A DNA stretch of 63,043 nucleotides, filler included, from Reticulomyxa filosa (Eukaryota > Protista > Foraminifera), in the NCBI GenBank assembly GCA_000512085.1. It is 13 parts of 13 records of this genome, joined end to end, with 100 filler letters (N's around TTAATTAATTAA, not from the genome) between each part and the next. Parts side by side here need not be neighbours in the genome. Positions count along the whole stretch, not along the records: positions 39,013 to 41,013 come from ASPP01028342.1; positions 41,114 to 42,791 come from ASPP01002895.1; positions 42,892 to 44,488 come from ASPP01021294.1; positions 44,589 to 46,488 come from ASPP01039539.1; positions 46,589 to 49,430 come from ASPP01011842.1; positions 49,531 to 53,879 come from ASPP01002904.1; 7 more parts are not named here. One strand, given 5' to 3'. A model generated the notes under the pieces. The model saw only the letters and a program-made list of their open reading frames with translations. It did no database searches and had not been told where the DNA came from. Shown here one piece after another: positions 39,013 to 51,581 of the stretch; position 1 is the first letter of the stretch, and every line of letters begins with the position of its first letter. The position numbers and the translations under genes were made by a program.

Positions 39013-41013
39013 ACCATATCATTCACTTTCGGATAGCAAGAAATTTGAAGATTTGAAGAAAGATATTGAGAAGTTGTACAAATGGTACGAAAGTCAATTA
39101 AGTAAGATTGAAGAATCGGTTAGGAGGCAATTCGAACAGGAAAAAAAAAGAGAGAGCAAAAATAACCAATCTAAATCCAAAGAAAAAGAGGGAAGGAAGA
39201 ACAACGAAGAACAGACCAGCAGCGACAAATTGGCAATCAATGATTTGTTGTATAAACCTCGCAAGCTATCCATAATTCGCAAAATATTGCAACCGCGAAT
39301 AGAAAGAACACAACTGACGGAAGAAGAAAGACAAGAAATTGAAGATAGACTTGATCGCTGTGACTATTCGCAATTGCAAATACAATTGATATCAAAATTT
39401 GGTAAAATGTACGTAAAATACAAACAGATATTTTTTAGCATGAATCCTATCAAATCTCTCCCCTTCAAGAAGAAGAATTGAAGAAGGAATATGAAAACGA
39501 TCGATCAAAGCGAGAGTTGGAATTGAACAAAGAATTTTTGAAAAAATTGGACGAAAGCATGAACAATGACAAACTGCTGCCTTGTGTTATAAAAGAGTGT
39601 CAGAATAACGTATTGCAAGGAAGTATTGGGACAAGACTAAAGCCAGTCCAACATTTGGCTTTTGCATTTGGTAATTTCGTCACACAAGACTCGAGACCAA
39701 ATCATTTGAAGTTGAAACAAGTGATTCAAAGAAACAATGATTTTGATATTCGTGGTAATGAGGAGTTAGTATTCGCGTATGGATTGGCCAGTAATGAAAT
39801 TGTATTGGTGCTTTCCATTGACAGAAATGTGTCTGAGGCCTTGCTAATGGATGAGGAAATCAAAGTGGATAACAACGAAATTGCAAAAAAACAAAGTGTA
39901 TGGAGTGAAAATTACAATCAAAATTGCATTACCAAAATTTTCTTATCCTCAAGACAAACATTACCAAAAAAAAAAAGCAGCAGGAGAATTGCAAGGCAAA
40001 ATGACATTGGCTGCTTTGAGCGAGCAAAAACATTATATGGTGTTGTACGAACGTGCAAACAAGTCATTCACGTATACAAATGGGGTGAACGAATTGTGGA
40101 CTCTTTGCAAAAAGTAAACAACAAAACCATTACATTGAACGAGTCTGTATTACCTCAAGATTTTTATGTTACGAGTATGTGTTTCAACAACAAAGATGAT
40201 AGTTTATACATTTTGGATAACAAAAATACAATTCGCTGCATTGAATTGGATACCGGTCTGTACAGACACGAGAGTGAAATTGTTTGCAAAGAACAATACT
40301 CCAAAATAATGACGACATTGGAAGGAGGATATATTGTTGGAATCAAGCCTCATGAACAAGAGGAAGAAAAAGAAAAAGAAAAAGAGAAAGAAAAAGAACA
40401 GCAAAAAAAAATTCCGACAGTACCAGTGCTGATGCAATCCAATTGTGATTTGGATGAAATGATCGAAGAAAATGTGCAAGCATTTGACAAATTATCGAGA
40501 AAGAATGACAAACTCGGAAACACAGATACAGAAGAAGAGGACATACAGATTCTTGGATCTGAGTTGATCACTACTACCAGTTCTCTAGTAAAACGTGCAC
40601 CAACTGGTTTGGTGCAATGTGATTTTTATGTACTTGATGATTCCAACGAGCTTGTGCGCAGTTTGGTATTACCAAAAGAATTCACCTCGAATGGCATTCA
40701 CAACATTCAATTTAAACTAATTCTTCAACACCAAATTTATATCGTCTTTTTGGATAGCCAATTTGTCCTCCAATGTCTGCCTTTGCATGTGTCCCTGAAA
40801 AAATCACAATTACATGTCGAATTAATATCCATGCATGGAAATTCGACTGCCAGTGATGATCAGATAATTCGGTCAAAGAAACTAAGCAAATTGAATTATA
40901 TCGAGTACAGTTTGGACAAATTCGGGTCTAAGCCAGAGTTTTATTCATTACCCAAATTGACTCTCCATTTATCCGTTTTGTTGGATGTAAATGAAGGTCA
41001 ATCATCATCATTA
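39013..41013 (+). CDS. Internal fragment of a very large hypothetical protein (coiled coil + beta-propeller-like region)
   Basis: ORFs 39053-39481 and 39478-41013 fill the whole contig and run into both gaps. They are joinable by a 26-nt GT-AG segment at 39413-39438. Confidence 0.7.
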
Positions 41014-41113
41014 NNNNNNNNNNNNNNNNNNNNNNNNNNNNNNNNNNNNNNNNNNNNTTAATTAATTAANNNNNNNNNNNNNNNNNNNNNNNNNNNNNNN
41101 NNNNNNNNNNNNN
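41014..41113. other. Artificial assembly linker
   Basis: 44 N + TTAATTAATTAA + 44 N. Confidence 0.98.
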
Positions 41114-42561
41114 CTTCAAATGAAGCAGCAGACAGTCTCGAGTTGTCAAACGACGATTCAAGTAAAAGACGGCGTGTCAGCTTTGCGCCAGTTACGTTTC
41201 TTGAGTAATCTTCCTTCTCTTTATAACACATTTTTTTGGAAACTTTGCTTTCGAAATCCCGTCATCTCGTTTTTATTTACAAAAAAAAGGGTCAATCAAA
41301 TATCGGTAAAATTCCAGAAGACAAAGTGGAAAAAAAAAAGGCATCACAATTAGCGAAGTCCAAGCAAAGAAGGACAAGAAGCAAAAAGAAGAGAGAGCCA
41401 ACTGGGAAAAGACGGAATCACAATGGATTGGAACAAATCTACACAACGATTATATGACGAACTGCGAAAAAGAGGCCAAATGAACACAAGAATTGAAAGA
41501 AAAAAAGCAATTACAAAAATATTGAAAGAATTAATGGCGAAGAATGTGTCGAAAAATTGGAAAACAAAGACATTGACCTCTTGGCAGATAGACACAAAAC
41601 ATGGAAAGAAAAAAGAAAGCAAAGAAGTTTTATTTTCATTAGCGGTTTACCTTTTAATTAAGAAAAATTTTTACTAATTTCGGAAAGGTCATAAACATTT
41701 ATTTGGAAGCTACAAGTTTTGTTTTGTTTTGTTTTTTGAGAAAACAACCTCTTTTTTTAAAAAAAAAAATTCTTGCTTTGTTGGACAATTTTTCGTTACT
41801 GCTTTTTTCTCTCCAAATGTTGTAATTTTGTGTTTTAATGAAAAACGTTGAGATGGAATGTGATGTGTGGTATACGTATGTACGTACGTATGTGTGAAAA
41901 AGAGAATAGTGGGGGACAGCCAAAAAAGATATACGGCAAATGTATGGAATTTGCGGAAGAGTAGATCGAGTTTGTAGATAAAAAAAATGGCAAAGGTAGT
42001 GGCGAGAATTTTGAATGGCACAAAAATCCCACAAAAATATTTGAGTAGAGCATGGCAAAGAAACACATATGGAATATGAAATACTTGAAAGTGTTCAAAT
42101 GGCATCATTTATTAGAACATAAAGAACAAATGCGTATTCTCGAATGCAAAAAATTTGAAAAAGCAATTTCTGATGCCAACTACTTTAAACATAAACTCAA
42201 AAAATCGCAAGAACTAAAGGACACATTTGTGCTATTGTTCCTTCTAAAAGGATACTTGGAAGTGTTCATGCCAAGTGATGGAGAAGAAGATTATGAAGCT
42301 ATTGCTGCAGATGATGTGATTGCTCCGGGCGATAAACACAAAAGTGCTGATGTCAAATTAGCGCAACTAGCGAAAAAATTAAAATTTATGGATAAATCAA
42401 AGAAAAATGTAAAACCGAAAAGTTGGATTTACTCGAAGAGTCAGTTATATCGGAAAAACCCTTTGGGAGTGATTGATTTTTTGTACCTCCTTCATAACTT
42501 GCTTTGTATTTTTTATTATTATTCACTACTGAAGACAAAAGTGATATTGACTTTACTATAA
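41114..42561 (+). CDS. Lys-rich hypothetical protein fragment or pseudogene
   Basis: Series of plus-strand Lys-rich ORFs (41236-41457, 41423-41677, 42052-42561) with apparent frame breaks. No family recognised. Confidence 0.35.
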
Positions 42562-42791
42562 AAAAGTTGTTCTTCTGTTAACGCAAGCCTCTTTAATGAT
42601 CAGCGTGGTGCTCATGCAATTTCATTTTTTTAAAAGAAGCAAAACAATCAAAATGCTTTTTTTAATACACACTATGCAAATTTTCAATTCGTTGTGATAA
42701 ATCATAACATTAATAACTTCATGCGCTTATCGAAATATTTTATAATGAAAAAAAAAAAAGTAATTATGGTCTCTTTTGGCTGTCTCAACTG

Positions 42792-42891
42792 NNNNNNNNN
42801 NNNNNNNNNNNNNNNNNNNNNNNNNNNNNNNNNNNTTAATTAATTAANNNNNNNNNNNNNNNNNNNNNNNNNNNNNNNNNNNNNNNNNNNN
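42792..42891. other. Artificial assembly linker
   Basis: 44 N + TTAATTAATTAA + 44 N. Confidence 0.98.
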
Positions 42892-42915
42892 GACCAATAT
42901 ATTGCAAACACATTT

Positions 42916-43472
42916 GTGAAATTCCGGTGAAAAAAGCTCGGTGTGGTAAAAAGTTAGACCACAATCAGTTTTGACTATGTTATTCGACCTTGAGTGAGTA
43001 TAACTTAAAATTGACTTATGATGAAATTGTATTAATAATTATAAAACCCCAAAAGTATATTTGAGTAATCCAAGAGTCCCTCTTTCAAAAATGCAACTTG
43101 GTTGGATTATATGATTTTTAGTTTTGTATTACTGTAATGAACAATGACTCAAGATTTAAGAGTTTATAAAAAAAAGAATACAAATTTGGAAAATTCGAAA
43201 TTACAAAACCACTTTGAGACGATAGATAAATGAGTTGCAAACACTGGGGTGAAGTTCCGGTGAAAAAATATTGATTTGTTACAGAGTTGGACCGCAATCA
43301 GTTTTTATTGAGCTGTAATGGCCTTAATTAAGTATAATTTAAAATTGACTGATAATGAAATTGTATTAAAGATTACACAAACTTATAAATATATTTGAGT
43401 TATTCAAATGATCTTCTTTTTAAAACGCCACTTGGTTGGGTTGTGTGATGTTTAGCCTTGGAGTACTGTAAT
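42916..43472. repeat. Diverged direct repeat, period ~333 bp
   Basis: 42916-43138 aligns to 43249-43472 with shared blocks TTCCGGTGAAAAAA, CAATCAGTTTT, TTAAAATTGACT, ATGAAATTGTATTAA, TATATTTGAGT, ACTTGGTTGG, TACTGTAATG. Confidence 0.85.
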
Positions 43473-44308
43473 GGGGGATGAAGGGAGAATTAAGGGGTAT
43501 AAAAGGACCTAAACAGTAATAACTTCAAGAATTTCGCAGAGATTCGTACAAAATTTGAAGCAAGTTTTTTTTCATTAACAAAAAGAATTTTCGTAGGTTT
43601 TTCTACGACGATAAATAGTACTTTTTTTATTTATTGCAATTTGCCAGTGTATTGTGCAATTTATTGAGCCTGCATTCCAGAAGACACGTCAAAGTTTTTT
43701 GTTGTTTGTTTTCCGATTATTGTTCATAAATTCAATGAATACTCAACAACTTGTTGGTTTTTTTAACCTTTTTTCAGTTTATTGACTTCTATTCATTCGT
43801 ATTATTATGTACTAAAATTGTAAATGCGTTGAATTTTCGACAGAGATTTAGGTGTACAATTATTACACATAGTTGTGTATTGCAAAAGACAAAACTTGCT
43901 GTCAACATATCTTTCTCTAGAATGTAATAATGTTTCAAAAGTTAGTACATGACATTGTGATTGTACTATTCAACTTTGAAGATAGTTTAATTAGTTGATT
44001 CAATACTTATTTCATTGTAATTTTTTAAATGACAAAAAGAGTTCTGGCATTATGTATTTAATATGATTGCATTTCATTTTATTTCTCTTTGAGAAAAAAA
44101 AGTTAGTTTATGCAGTAAAAACAAGCTGGTGTCTATCAATGTCAGATTATTTTTGTCAACGCAAATTATTTTAAAATCAACTTTGCGCAAAAAAAGATAT
44201 AACAATTGTCAAAAACATTACCAATTGAAAATTAAATTTATTGTGCATTTCATTAAAAATTACAGTTGTATAAAAAAAATTGATAATCACGTATGTAACT
44301 TGTTTCTT

Positions 44309-44447
44309 CTCCAAAAAAAAACTCTACATCAATTGGAGTGACTCCACAAAAAACCTCTACTTTAATTGGAGTGACCCCAGAAAAACTCTGCTTTAATTGG
44401 GGTAATTCCAAAAAAACTTTGCATTAATTCGAGCGACTCCAAAAAAA
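44309..44447. repeat. Minisatellite, 4+ copies of a 31-33-bp unit
   Basis: Unit approximately CTCCAAAAAAACTCTRCWTTAATTGGAGTGA, starting at 44309, 44342, 44375, 44406 and partially 44437. Confidence 0.85.
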
Positions 44448-44488
44448 TTAGTTTGAATTTTTAATGAATAAACACGATAAAAAAAGAC

Positions 44489-44588
44489 NNNNNNNNNNNN
44501 NNNNNNNNNNNNNNNNNNNNNNNNNNNNNNNNTTAATTAATTAANNNNNNNNNNNNNNNNNNNNNNNNNNNNNNNNNNNNNNNNNNNN
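44489..44588. other. Artificial assembly linker
   Basis: 44 N + TTAATTAATTAA + 44 N. Confidence 0.98.
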
Positions 44589-46488
44589 ATGTTTGTTTTA
44601 TACTCACATAAATTACTTTTAATGCAATCGCAAATAGCATCGATTTTTCTTTACTAGAACCAAATTAAAATATAACTTGAATGTTATGATAGTTGTTTTA
44701 GGAAAAATGTTAGATTTTGTAGTCTATTGTTATATTTTGTAGCTCATTTTACACGACTAGCGTTAATCTATCTTGTTTTGGCTTATCTTAATCTGATCAT
44801 TAATTTTTTGAAATTGGAATTAGCTTTAAAGTTTTTTTCGTTTTTCCGTAGCCACTTAAAAAAATATCAGAAAACCAGCAATCAAATGAAAAAATTAATC
44901 TTATATACGCAATTTTTTTTTTTTGGATGCAAAAATCGAGTAAGTGGTGACATGTAAAAACATTAAGCAAAGAAACAATTATTGTTATATTGGTTTTATT
45001 AGAGATAAAATATTTTATTTTATTGGACGAATGACATGCCACAGTTGGCAATTTAAGATTGATCCATTCATGTGAATATCTATCTCAGAAATTTAGTAAA
45101 CATTAAAAAATTTTATAAACTTTCGATCGTACTCACAAAAAATATCGTTCAAATATAATTTCCTTTACGCTTATTCATCACAAGTGTTGATACTGTAATT
45201 TGCTGCAATAATGAATATTTCATGTTATTAAAAAACTAAAAATCAGTTATTTTTGCTTAAAATAAACCAACTTATAAAGAACAAAAGATAGTTATCAACA
45301 TTTTTTTAAAAGAAGTGTCTTGAACATACAATGATACACGTATTTATAATTAATATATTTGTACGTACTAACTGTTATAAAAAAAATAAAAAATAAAAAT
45401 GCAAATGGAATCTCTTTGACTTAGACAATCATCTTTTTCAAATCGATCATTTTATATGTATAAATATATGTGGGTCCCACAAAAATTGACACATTCATCA
45501 CACTTTTTATAATTTTTTTTTATTTGGAATTTAAAAATTTATTAGCTGCACTTACAAAATTTATGTTAAAATTAATTTTACCTAATTTGTTCACTGTACA
45601 TTTGTAAATTGAGTTTTTCACCATTAAAAAAAAATATTTAAAAGTAGTAAAAATTACTTTTGTTTTTTCAGTCTATTATGAAAGATTTATTTAAGGAAAC
45701 AATAGCAATTGTTGAAATTTTTTTTAGTAGTATAAAGTTTTACTGTACAAACAAAAAACATGTTTGATCACAAAGAACGAGGGGCATGATTTAAAAAAAA
45801 GTTTGGAATATGAACAAATGTCAAAATCTTGCTAACTATCTTGTTGTGCAAAGGGCTTCTATTTGAAAGTTTAATAAAAAGCGAAAGGAAAAGGAAGAAA
45901 TGCCATGCAATAGGTATCTCCCTCCTCTCGCATTATGTACTTAACCTCCACGCGTCAAAGGTTTTAGACAAAGAGTAAGATTAAAACAAATAAAAAATAA
46001 AAATAGTGATTGTTGAATAGTTTTGATATATTATTCATGTTTATAATATTGTCCAGCACCATAAGTCTAGCAATTTATTATAATGATTTTACTACTTGCA
46101 ACTATCCATTTGGAGGATTTATGTTATTTCATTACTGTTTCACATTGTTACGTTTCACCCCAAATTTTGCACTATTTATTTTATTTTACTCATATATATT
46201 TATATTTATATATGAATAACATAGAATTTGGCGTATCCTTGATAACGTTTGCCAAGCCTTAAATGCTGACCAATCGCAAAATCGCAAGCAAACATTATTG
46301 ACACTAGTATACGTACATGTTTTTGTATACGTGCATAATGCACCTACGTATACGTATATATATATATATGTATACGTATTTTTTTTTTTTTTAATAATAA
46401 AAAAAAAATGAATAGTTCCGATGTGTAGATATGTGTGTGGTCCGTGGCCTTTTAATAAGCAGTGTGATAGGATGTGGTGATCAATGGA

Positions 46489-46588
46489 NNNNNNNNNNNN
46501 NNNNNNNNNNNNNNNNNNNNNNNNNNNNNNNNTTAATTAATTAANNNNNNNNNNNNNNNNNNNNNNNNNNNNNNNNNNNNNNNNNNNN
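46489..46588. other. Artificial assembly linker
   Basis: 44 N + TTAATTAATTAA + 44 N. Confidence 0.98.
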
Positions 46589-46629
<41 letters not shown>

Positions 46630-46653
46630 TGTTTTTGAAAACTCCCCCATCAG

Positions 46654-47570
46654 TTAGTGATCGAATGACGGTGTTGGATGTATTGATTGAGGCTGCACGT
46701 GAATTGGCACACTTGGATAAACTGTTTGATGATTCAATTGCTTATGAGGCATTCCAATCACCATCTGCTTCGAATAAACAATATCCCAGTGTAAAAACTG
46801 TGGAGCCCACCAAAGCAATGGTGACATCGAAAACAACTGAATCCAAACAAAATTCCAATACCGAAGATGAATCGAATATCAATGATCATGATCATGATCA
46901 TGATAATAGTGATAATGACGACATTGTCACACAATACACACGTCCTCAACATGTCTCGACACCTGATCGTTGGAGGGTCATTGACGCACGGGTAGCTGAA
47001 AAGACCAAACGATGGGCATCTAAAGTCAAACATGTGCCATTGCATGAAAATACATTTCATTTGCATGTCAACTTGTTTGTTTATCCGTTGATGGATCGCT
47101 ACATACAAAATTATTCTTTTTTGGAACAATTTTCCATGCTTCATGGCCGAATTTTGTTTACTTTGGGCTGCTTGATTGAGTGCGCTGGACCATATTCTCC
47201 TCACATCCTACGCTTATCCAAAGATTTATTTCAAATGCTAATTTGTCATTTTAATCATCCCAAAGTTCAATTCACATCTCTTCAACATACACTAAAGATA
47301 GATCCTTTCGTCTCACTTGCTTGTTTCTTCTTATAGGCAGAAATACGTCGTTCAACTTATTTCGCATTAGCAAAGATACTATCAACGTGTCCGATCAACA
47401 TCTTGTTACATGAAGAGTGGTTCATGCAAGAATGGACTGGAATTGTAAGTGATTTGGGAAATGCCATGAAAAATGATCCGGATGTTCCTGTCAGAGACTT
47501 GGCAAGACATTGTCTGGTTGTTTTTGACAAGGCAACTAAAAATATCCAAAATGATGATCTATTCATTTAA
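46654..47570 (+). CDS. TELO2: Telomere length regulation protein TEL2, C-terminal part (5' lost in gap)
   Basis: DRMTVLDVLIEAARELA, RWRVIDARVAEKTKRW, NTFH....FVYPL, LHGRILFTLGCL, HPK|AEIRR and NDPD..VRDLA match the TEL2 C-terminal pattern. Intron 47265-47336; TAA 47568-47570. Confidence 0.85.
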
Positions 47571-48422
47571 ATTTCTCCAATCACACATTAAAAAAATTAA
47601 AAGTTACATTTTTTTCAAAGTAAACACACTATGGTAATAAAGAATAATTTTATCAAAAGTGACAAAACTTTTTCTTTTGAACAATTTTAATTGTATGTCC
47701 AAGTCATTTAATTGTTTGCAAAAACTTAACACAATTGTAATCTTTTCCAATCGCTTTTATGCGGGTCAGTCCTAGCACAAACTAAAAAAATAAAAGACAT
47801 CATAATGCAGCCTTATTTTTTCGATGCAAAGCAAAAATTCTTTTGTAATGAACTAAAAAAAATTAATAATTATGAAAAACTAACAGTGCAAAATCCACAC
47901 TGTCCTTATTTTTAAAAACTCTTTGTAAGATTTTGCACCCAGTTGCTATAACAATTTCGAGCAACATCACAGAAACTCAGCACAAAAAAGAAAAATCAGA
48001 CAAAAAGTAAAAGAAAAAATTTTGGTCTGCGGTACATGTACTGCCGGACTAAAGTATTTTCTGTTTCTCTTTTTCCATGTTTTTTCTTTTTTGTGTTTTT
48101 TCGTTGTTTTTTTTTACTATTTATTTTTAATTGTTGAAATTTGTCTTTTTAAAATTTTTCATAGTGAGTAGTTTTAGCACTGAATAATTTAGTAAGTTTG
48201 TTATATATTTTTAATGGTACACAATGGGTGTAGTAATTGATTTTGTTTGTGTTTGATAGATTTTTTTTACCAATTTAAAAAACTTCAACGAACAATCTAT
48301 TTTAAAAAATTTCAAATCTTAGTGTGATTTGCAAAATACGTATGAAAAAAATTTAAAGACAAGTATCAGTTTAAAATATTTGTTCAAACGCTACATTAGT
48401 CTCAAATGTAAAGAAAAAGGTG

Positions 48423-49378
48423 TCATTGAGTATTTTTAATCATAACATTATCGTTGATGAGGAAGGGTAGGTAATTAAATTTAACAAGTGAGACCAAATC
48501 GGGAGAGGGAGAGAAATCGCACTGGAGTTCAAATGTGAGCATGTATGCCTTGAAACTGTTGTTGGAGATCATTGTTTGAGGAACACAAGCCTGCAAGAAA
48601 TTGAGATTAACGCATTGTTGACGAATAATTTTCCATCCGTAGTGAGAGGCAATATTGAGAACATCAAATTCAATGATATGAGTCTCGAAGAGTAGCAAGT
48701 GAACGTACCTTGCACTTTCATAATTTCGAAAAAAAAGTTTTAATGTTGTGCAAGAGCTTGAAAAAAACTCTGAAGAATAAGAATATCCTGAACATTTGGA
48801 AATTTGCCCAGAGTTTTAGAGACACGCGGAAAAGGCCAAATGATGATATCAAAGCCCGAGTTTTTCTCGTCTTTGATGAGATCATATTTTTGCATGGACC
48901 TCAAAAGATCAACGGGATGAACAGAACAATTTACAATTGCGCCGTTTTGTTGCAAAAAAGCAATATTTTTGTCTCGATCAGTTTTGAGTAGCTTGGTGCT
49001 CTTTTCCATGGTATTGTCAGCGAAATGCGAGACGAGGACCAAATTATGGCCTTTGTTGTGCAGAGACTGGCATAGATATTTCGAAAAGACAAAGTCCCAT
49101 TCTCCAACAACCAAGATCCTTTGTTCAGGATGGTAGAGCTGATGCATAGACTCAAACAATTCACTCTTGTCCAAAGGTAAAACTGTTTGCAACATGAAAA
49201 AGGCATCCCTCACATATGCTCGCTCGTATCTGGGAATACGTAGCGTGCCATGCGGCTTTTGAAAGTGACCTTTCCATTTATTTCCGGAAACTGATTCCAG
49301 GCACTGCAAACATGTTTGTCCATACCATGAATTTTCACAATTTAGTAATCGACCTAAGTCTTCTATTTTGTTACACAC
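48423..49378 (-). CDS. BMT5/DUF2431-like rRNA methyltransferase-fold protein, divergent (5' probably in gap)
   Basis: RILVVGEWDFVFSKYL, NIAFLQQNGAIV, FDIIIWPFPRV, ILQSFF and VHLLL resemble the family pattern (ILLVGEGDFSFS, FDRIIFNFPH). Frameshift at T7 48761-48767. Confidence 0.7.
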
Positions 49379-49430
49379 GCACGCATTGTGATGTGAGTGT
49401 TTGTAATAACAATAATAATAATAATAATAA

Positions 49431-49530
49431 NNNNNNNNNNNNNNNNNNNNNNNNNNNNNNNNNNNNNNNNNNNNTTAATTAATTAANNNNNNNNNNNNNN
49501 NNNNNNNNNNNNNNNNNNNNNNNNNNNNNN
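49431..49530. other. Artificial assembly linker
   Basis: 44 N + TTAATTAATTAA + 44 N. Confidence 0.98.
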
Positions 49531-50374
49531 CAATTGCGTTTGTTTTATTTTTTTTTTTTTTGTCGTTAAGTTTTGTTGATGTACTTTTTTTGTTTTTTTT
49601 CATTTCCATTTTTCTTCATGATACATTCCTTATGTATCTTGTTATGCTTTTATTGTTTCCCGTTCGACTTTTTCTTATGACAAAAAAGGAAAATGGATAT
49701 TTGAAGACACTATTATTTTTTATTTTTATCCTTTGTTTGCTTTTTTTAACAATTATTACTATATCATCTTTTTTCCTCCGTGTTCTATTTCCTTTTTTTG
49801 GTTGTACTTTCTTTGATTGTGTTGCATTCCCTTTTCGTCCAAGCAAGGAGACGCAAAAAAAAAAAAAAAACCGTGTTTCACTTGTTGATAAACATGTGTA
49901 CCAACTGCATTTTTTTTTTATTTAAAAAAAAAATGAACCATTTGGTAAACGTCCATTTTTTATTATTATTAAACTTTCTCCGGTATGCTAAAAGTTCAAT
50001 CGACAAGGAATGTTTTGTTGTTTGTAAACATCATTGTTGAATAGTTGTTTCCGATCAAAACAAGTGTGATTGGAAATTAAAAACATTTAAAAAAAAGATT
50101 AGCTTTGATGTTTTTCCTTTTTTTCGAGCTTTTCTTACAATTATATATATTCAAGAAAAAACTCTTTAAACGTTTTTAATTTATGTTTTTCTAAAAAAAA
50201 ATTAAAAGTTTTAAACTGGGTTTTTTAGAGAAGACAAGAATTGAATAACATCAGCAATACTTACTTTTGAAATTCCTATATCTGAATAGATAGATGTTCA
50301 GAACAATATAAAATGATATAATGAGAAAATATTGTTCAAGTGTTTCTAATTAGGACAAAATTTTAAAATAAATA

Positions 50375-50900
50375 TTCATCCCCAAATACGAATTGGACAA
50401 AACATGACATATAACCATTTAATTTTGTTGATCCTTTTAATTTTCTTTTTAAATACAAATTGATTATATAATATTCATTATCTTCTTTATCATCTCCTTT
50501 ATCATCTCCTTTAATTATACATAATTCATTTTTATTTAATCGAATATCAAAAAACGAATATTATCATCTGATGAAGAACAAATAACATTACCATTATTAC
50601 GATACTCAATATACTTCAGATAAATGTTCATTAAACAATTTAATTTGTTTATTGTTAATATCCCATAAACGAATCATTTTATCACCTTATCCAGAACAAA
50701 TATATTAGATATTAAATAATCAATACTATATATTATGTATATATAATATCATTATCCAATCAATGATTTAGATGATGAACAAAATGAATCAAAATTATAT
50801 TTGAATAATTTATTTGATAATTGATTTATATTCATTATTACCATTAAAATTTATTTAATTATTTTGTAATTGTTTAATATCCACAAATTGATTATCTTAA
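50375..50900 (-). pseudogene. Highly decayed WD40-repeat remnant
   Basis: Minus-strand fragments ICSG*GDKMIRLWDI (~50655-50702) and ICSSSDDNIRF.. (~50550-50583); no long ORF. Confidence 0.65.
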
Positions 50901-51581
50901 TTAATATAATTATTATTTATTATTATAAAATAGAAATACCATTTGTTGTCTTAAAATTAGATTATTATTCATTTTTAAAATTTGTTTAATTTCATTTTTT
51001 AATTCAGCTCCTTTTTTATAGATTCGTATCTTAAATCATTAATTAATTATTATATTTTAATGTATTAAAAGAAAATATTTTTAAAGATAGAAAATATTAT
51101 TGTATTGTTTTTTTATACATTAAGTTTTTGAATTTCTGTGCAACTTTTAAATATCTTTCTTTGATTATTTATAATAAATAAATAATTTTTTCTAATTTTA
51201 ATTCTTTGTTATATTCAAGAATAATTATTACACAAATTAATTCATTACTATCTATTGGATTCTCTCTATTCTTTTTTCAATTTATAAAAAAATTTAAAAC
51301 ATTTAATAATATTTCATTTATCTTTTATTACACTTATTTATCGAAATAATATATGCATATACATTGTATTTACTAATTTATTTTACATTATTTGGATAAA
51401 CGAATATCCAGAACTTGAATATCAATATATCTATTACAATTAAAAAGCCGAACAATGATATCGTTATTTAAGATTATTAATATGAATACAACAATCATAA
51501 TCAATTGTACTTTTTTTTAGAATTTCTTCAGAAATGTTTGAAAACAAATTTAGAAGAATAAATTACTTGAATAAAATGTGC

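Noticed and set aside
44309-44447. Possible CRISPR array
   Set aside because: Units are contiguous with no unique spacers, no cas genes, and the context is eukaryotic
46010-46488. Possible upstream exons of TELO2 before the linker
   Set aside because: The readable exon-like pieces look like an unrelated membrane protein fragment; too little sequence to call
14406-47570. Functional cluster of assembly factors (MMS19, PSMG2, TELO2) or a MAP2K-MAPK module
   Set aside because: The genes lie on different linker-separated pieces and have no shown physical or regulatory linkage
49560-50040. Phe/Leu-rich ORFs that look like membrane proteins (also 3524-3889, 4409-4612, 22766-23206, 44727-44957)
   Set aside because: Explained by T-rich non-coding or antisense sequence; no conserved motifs
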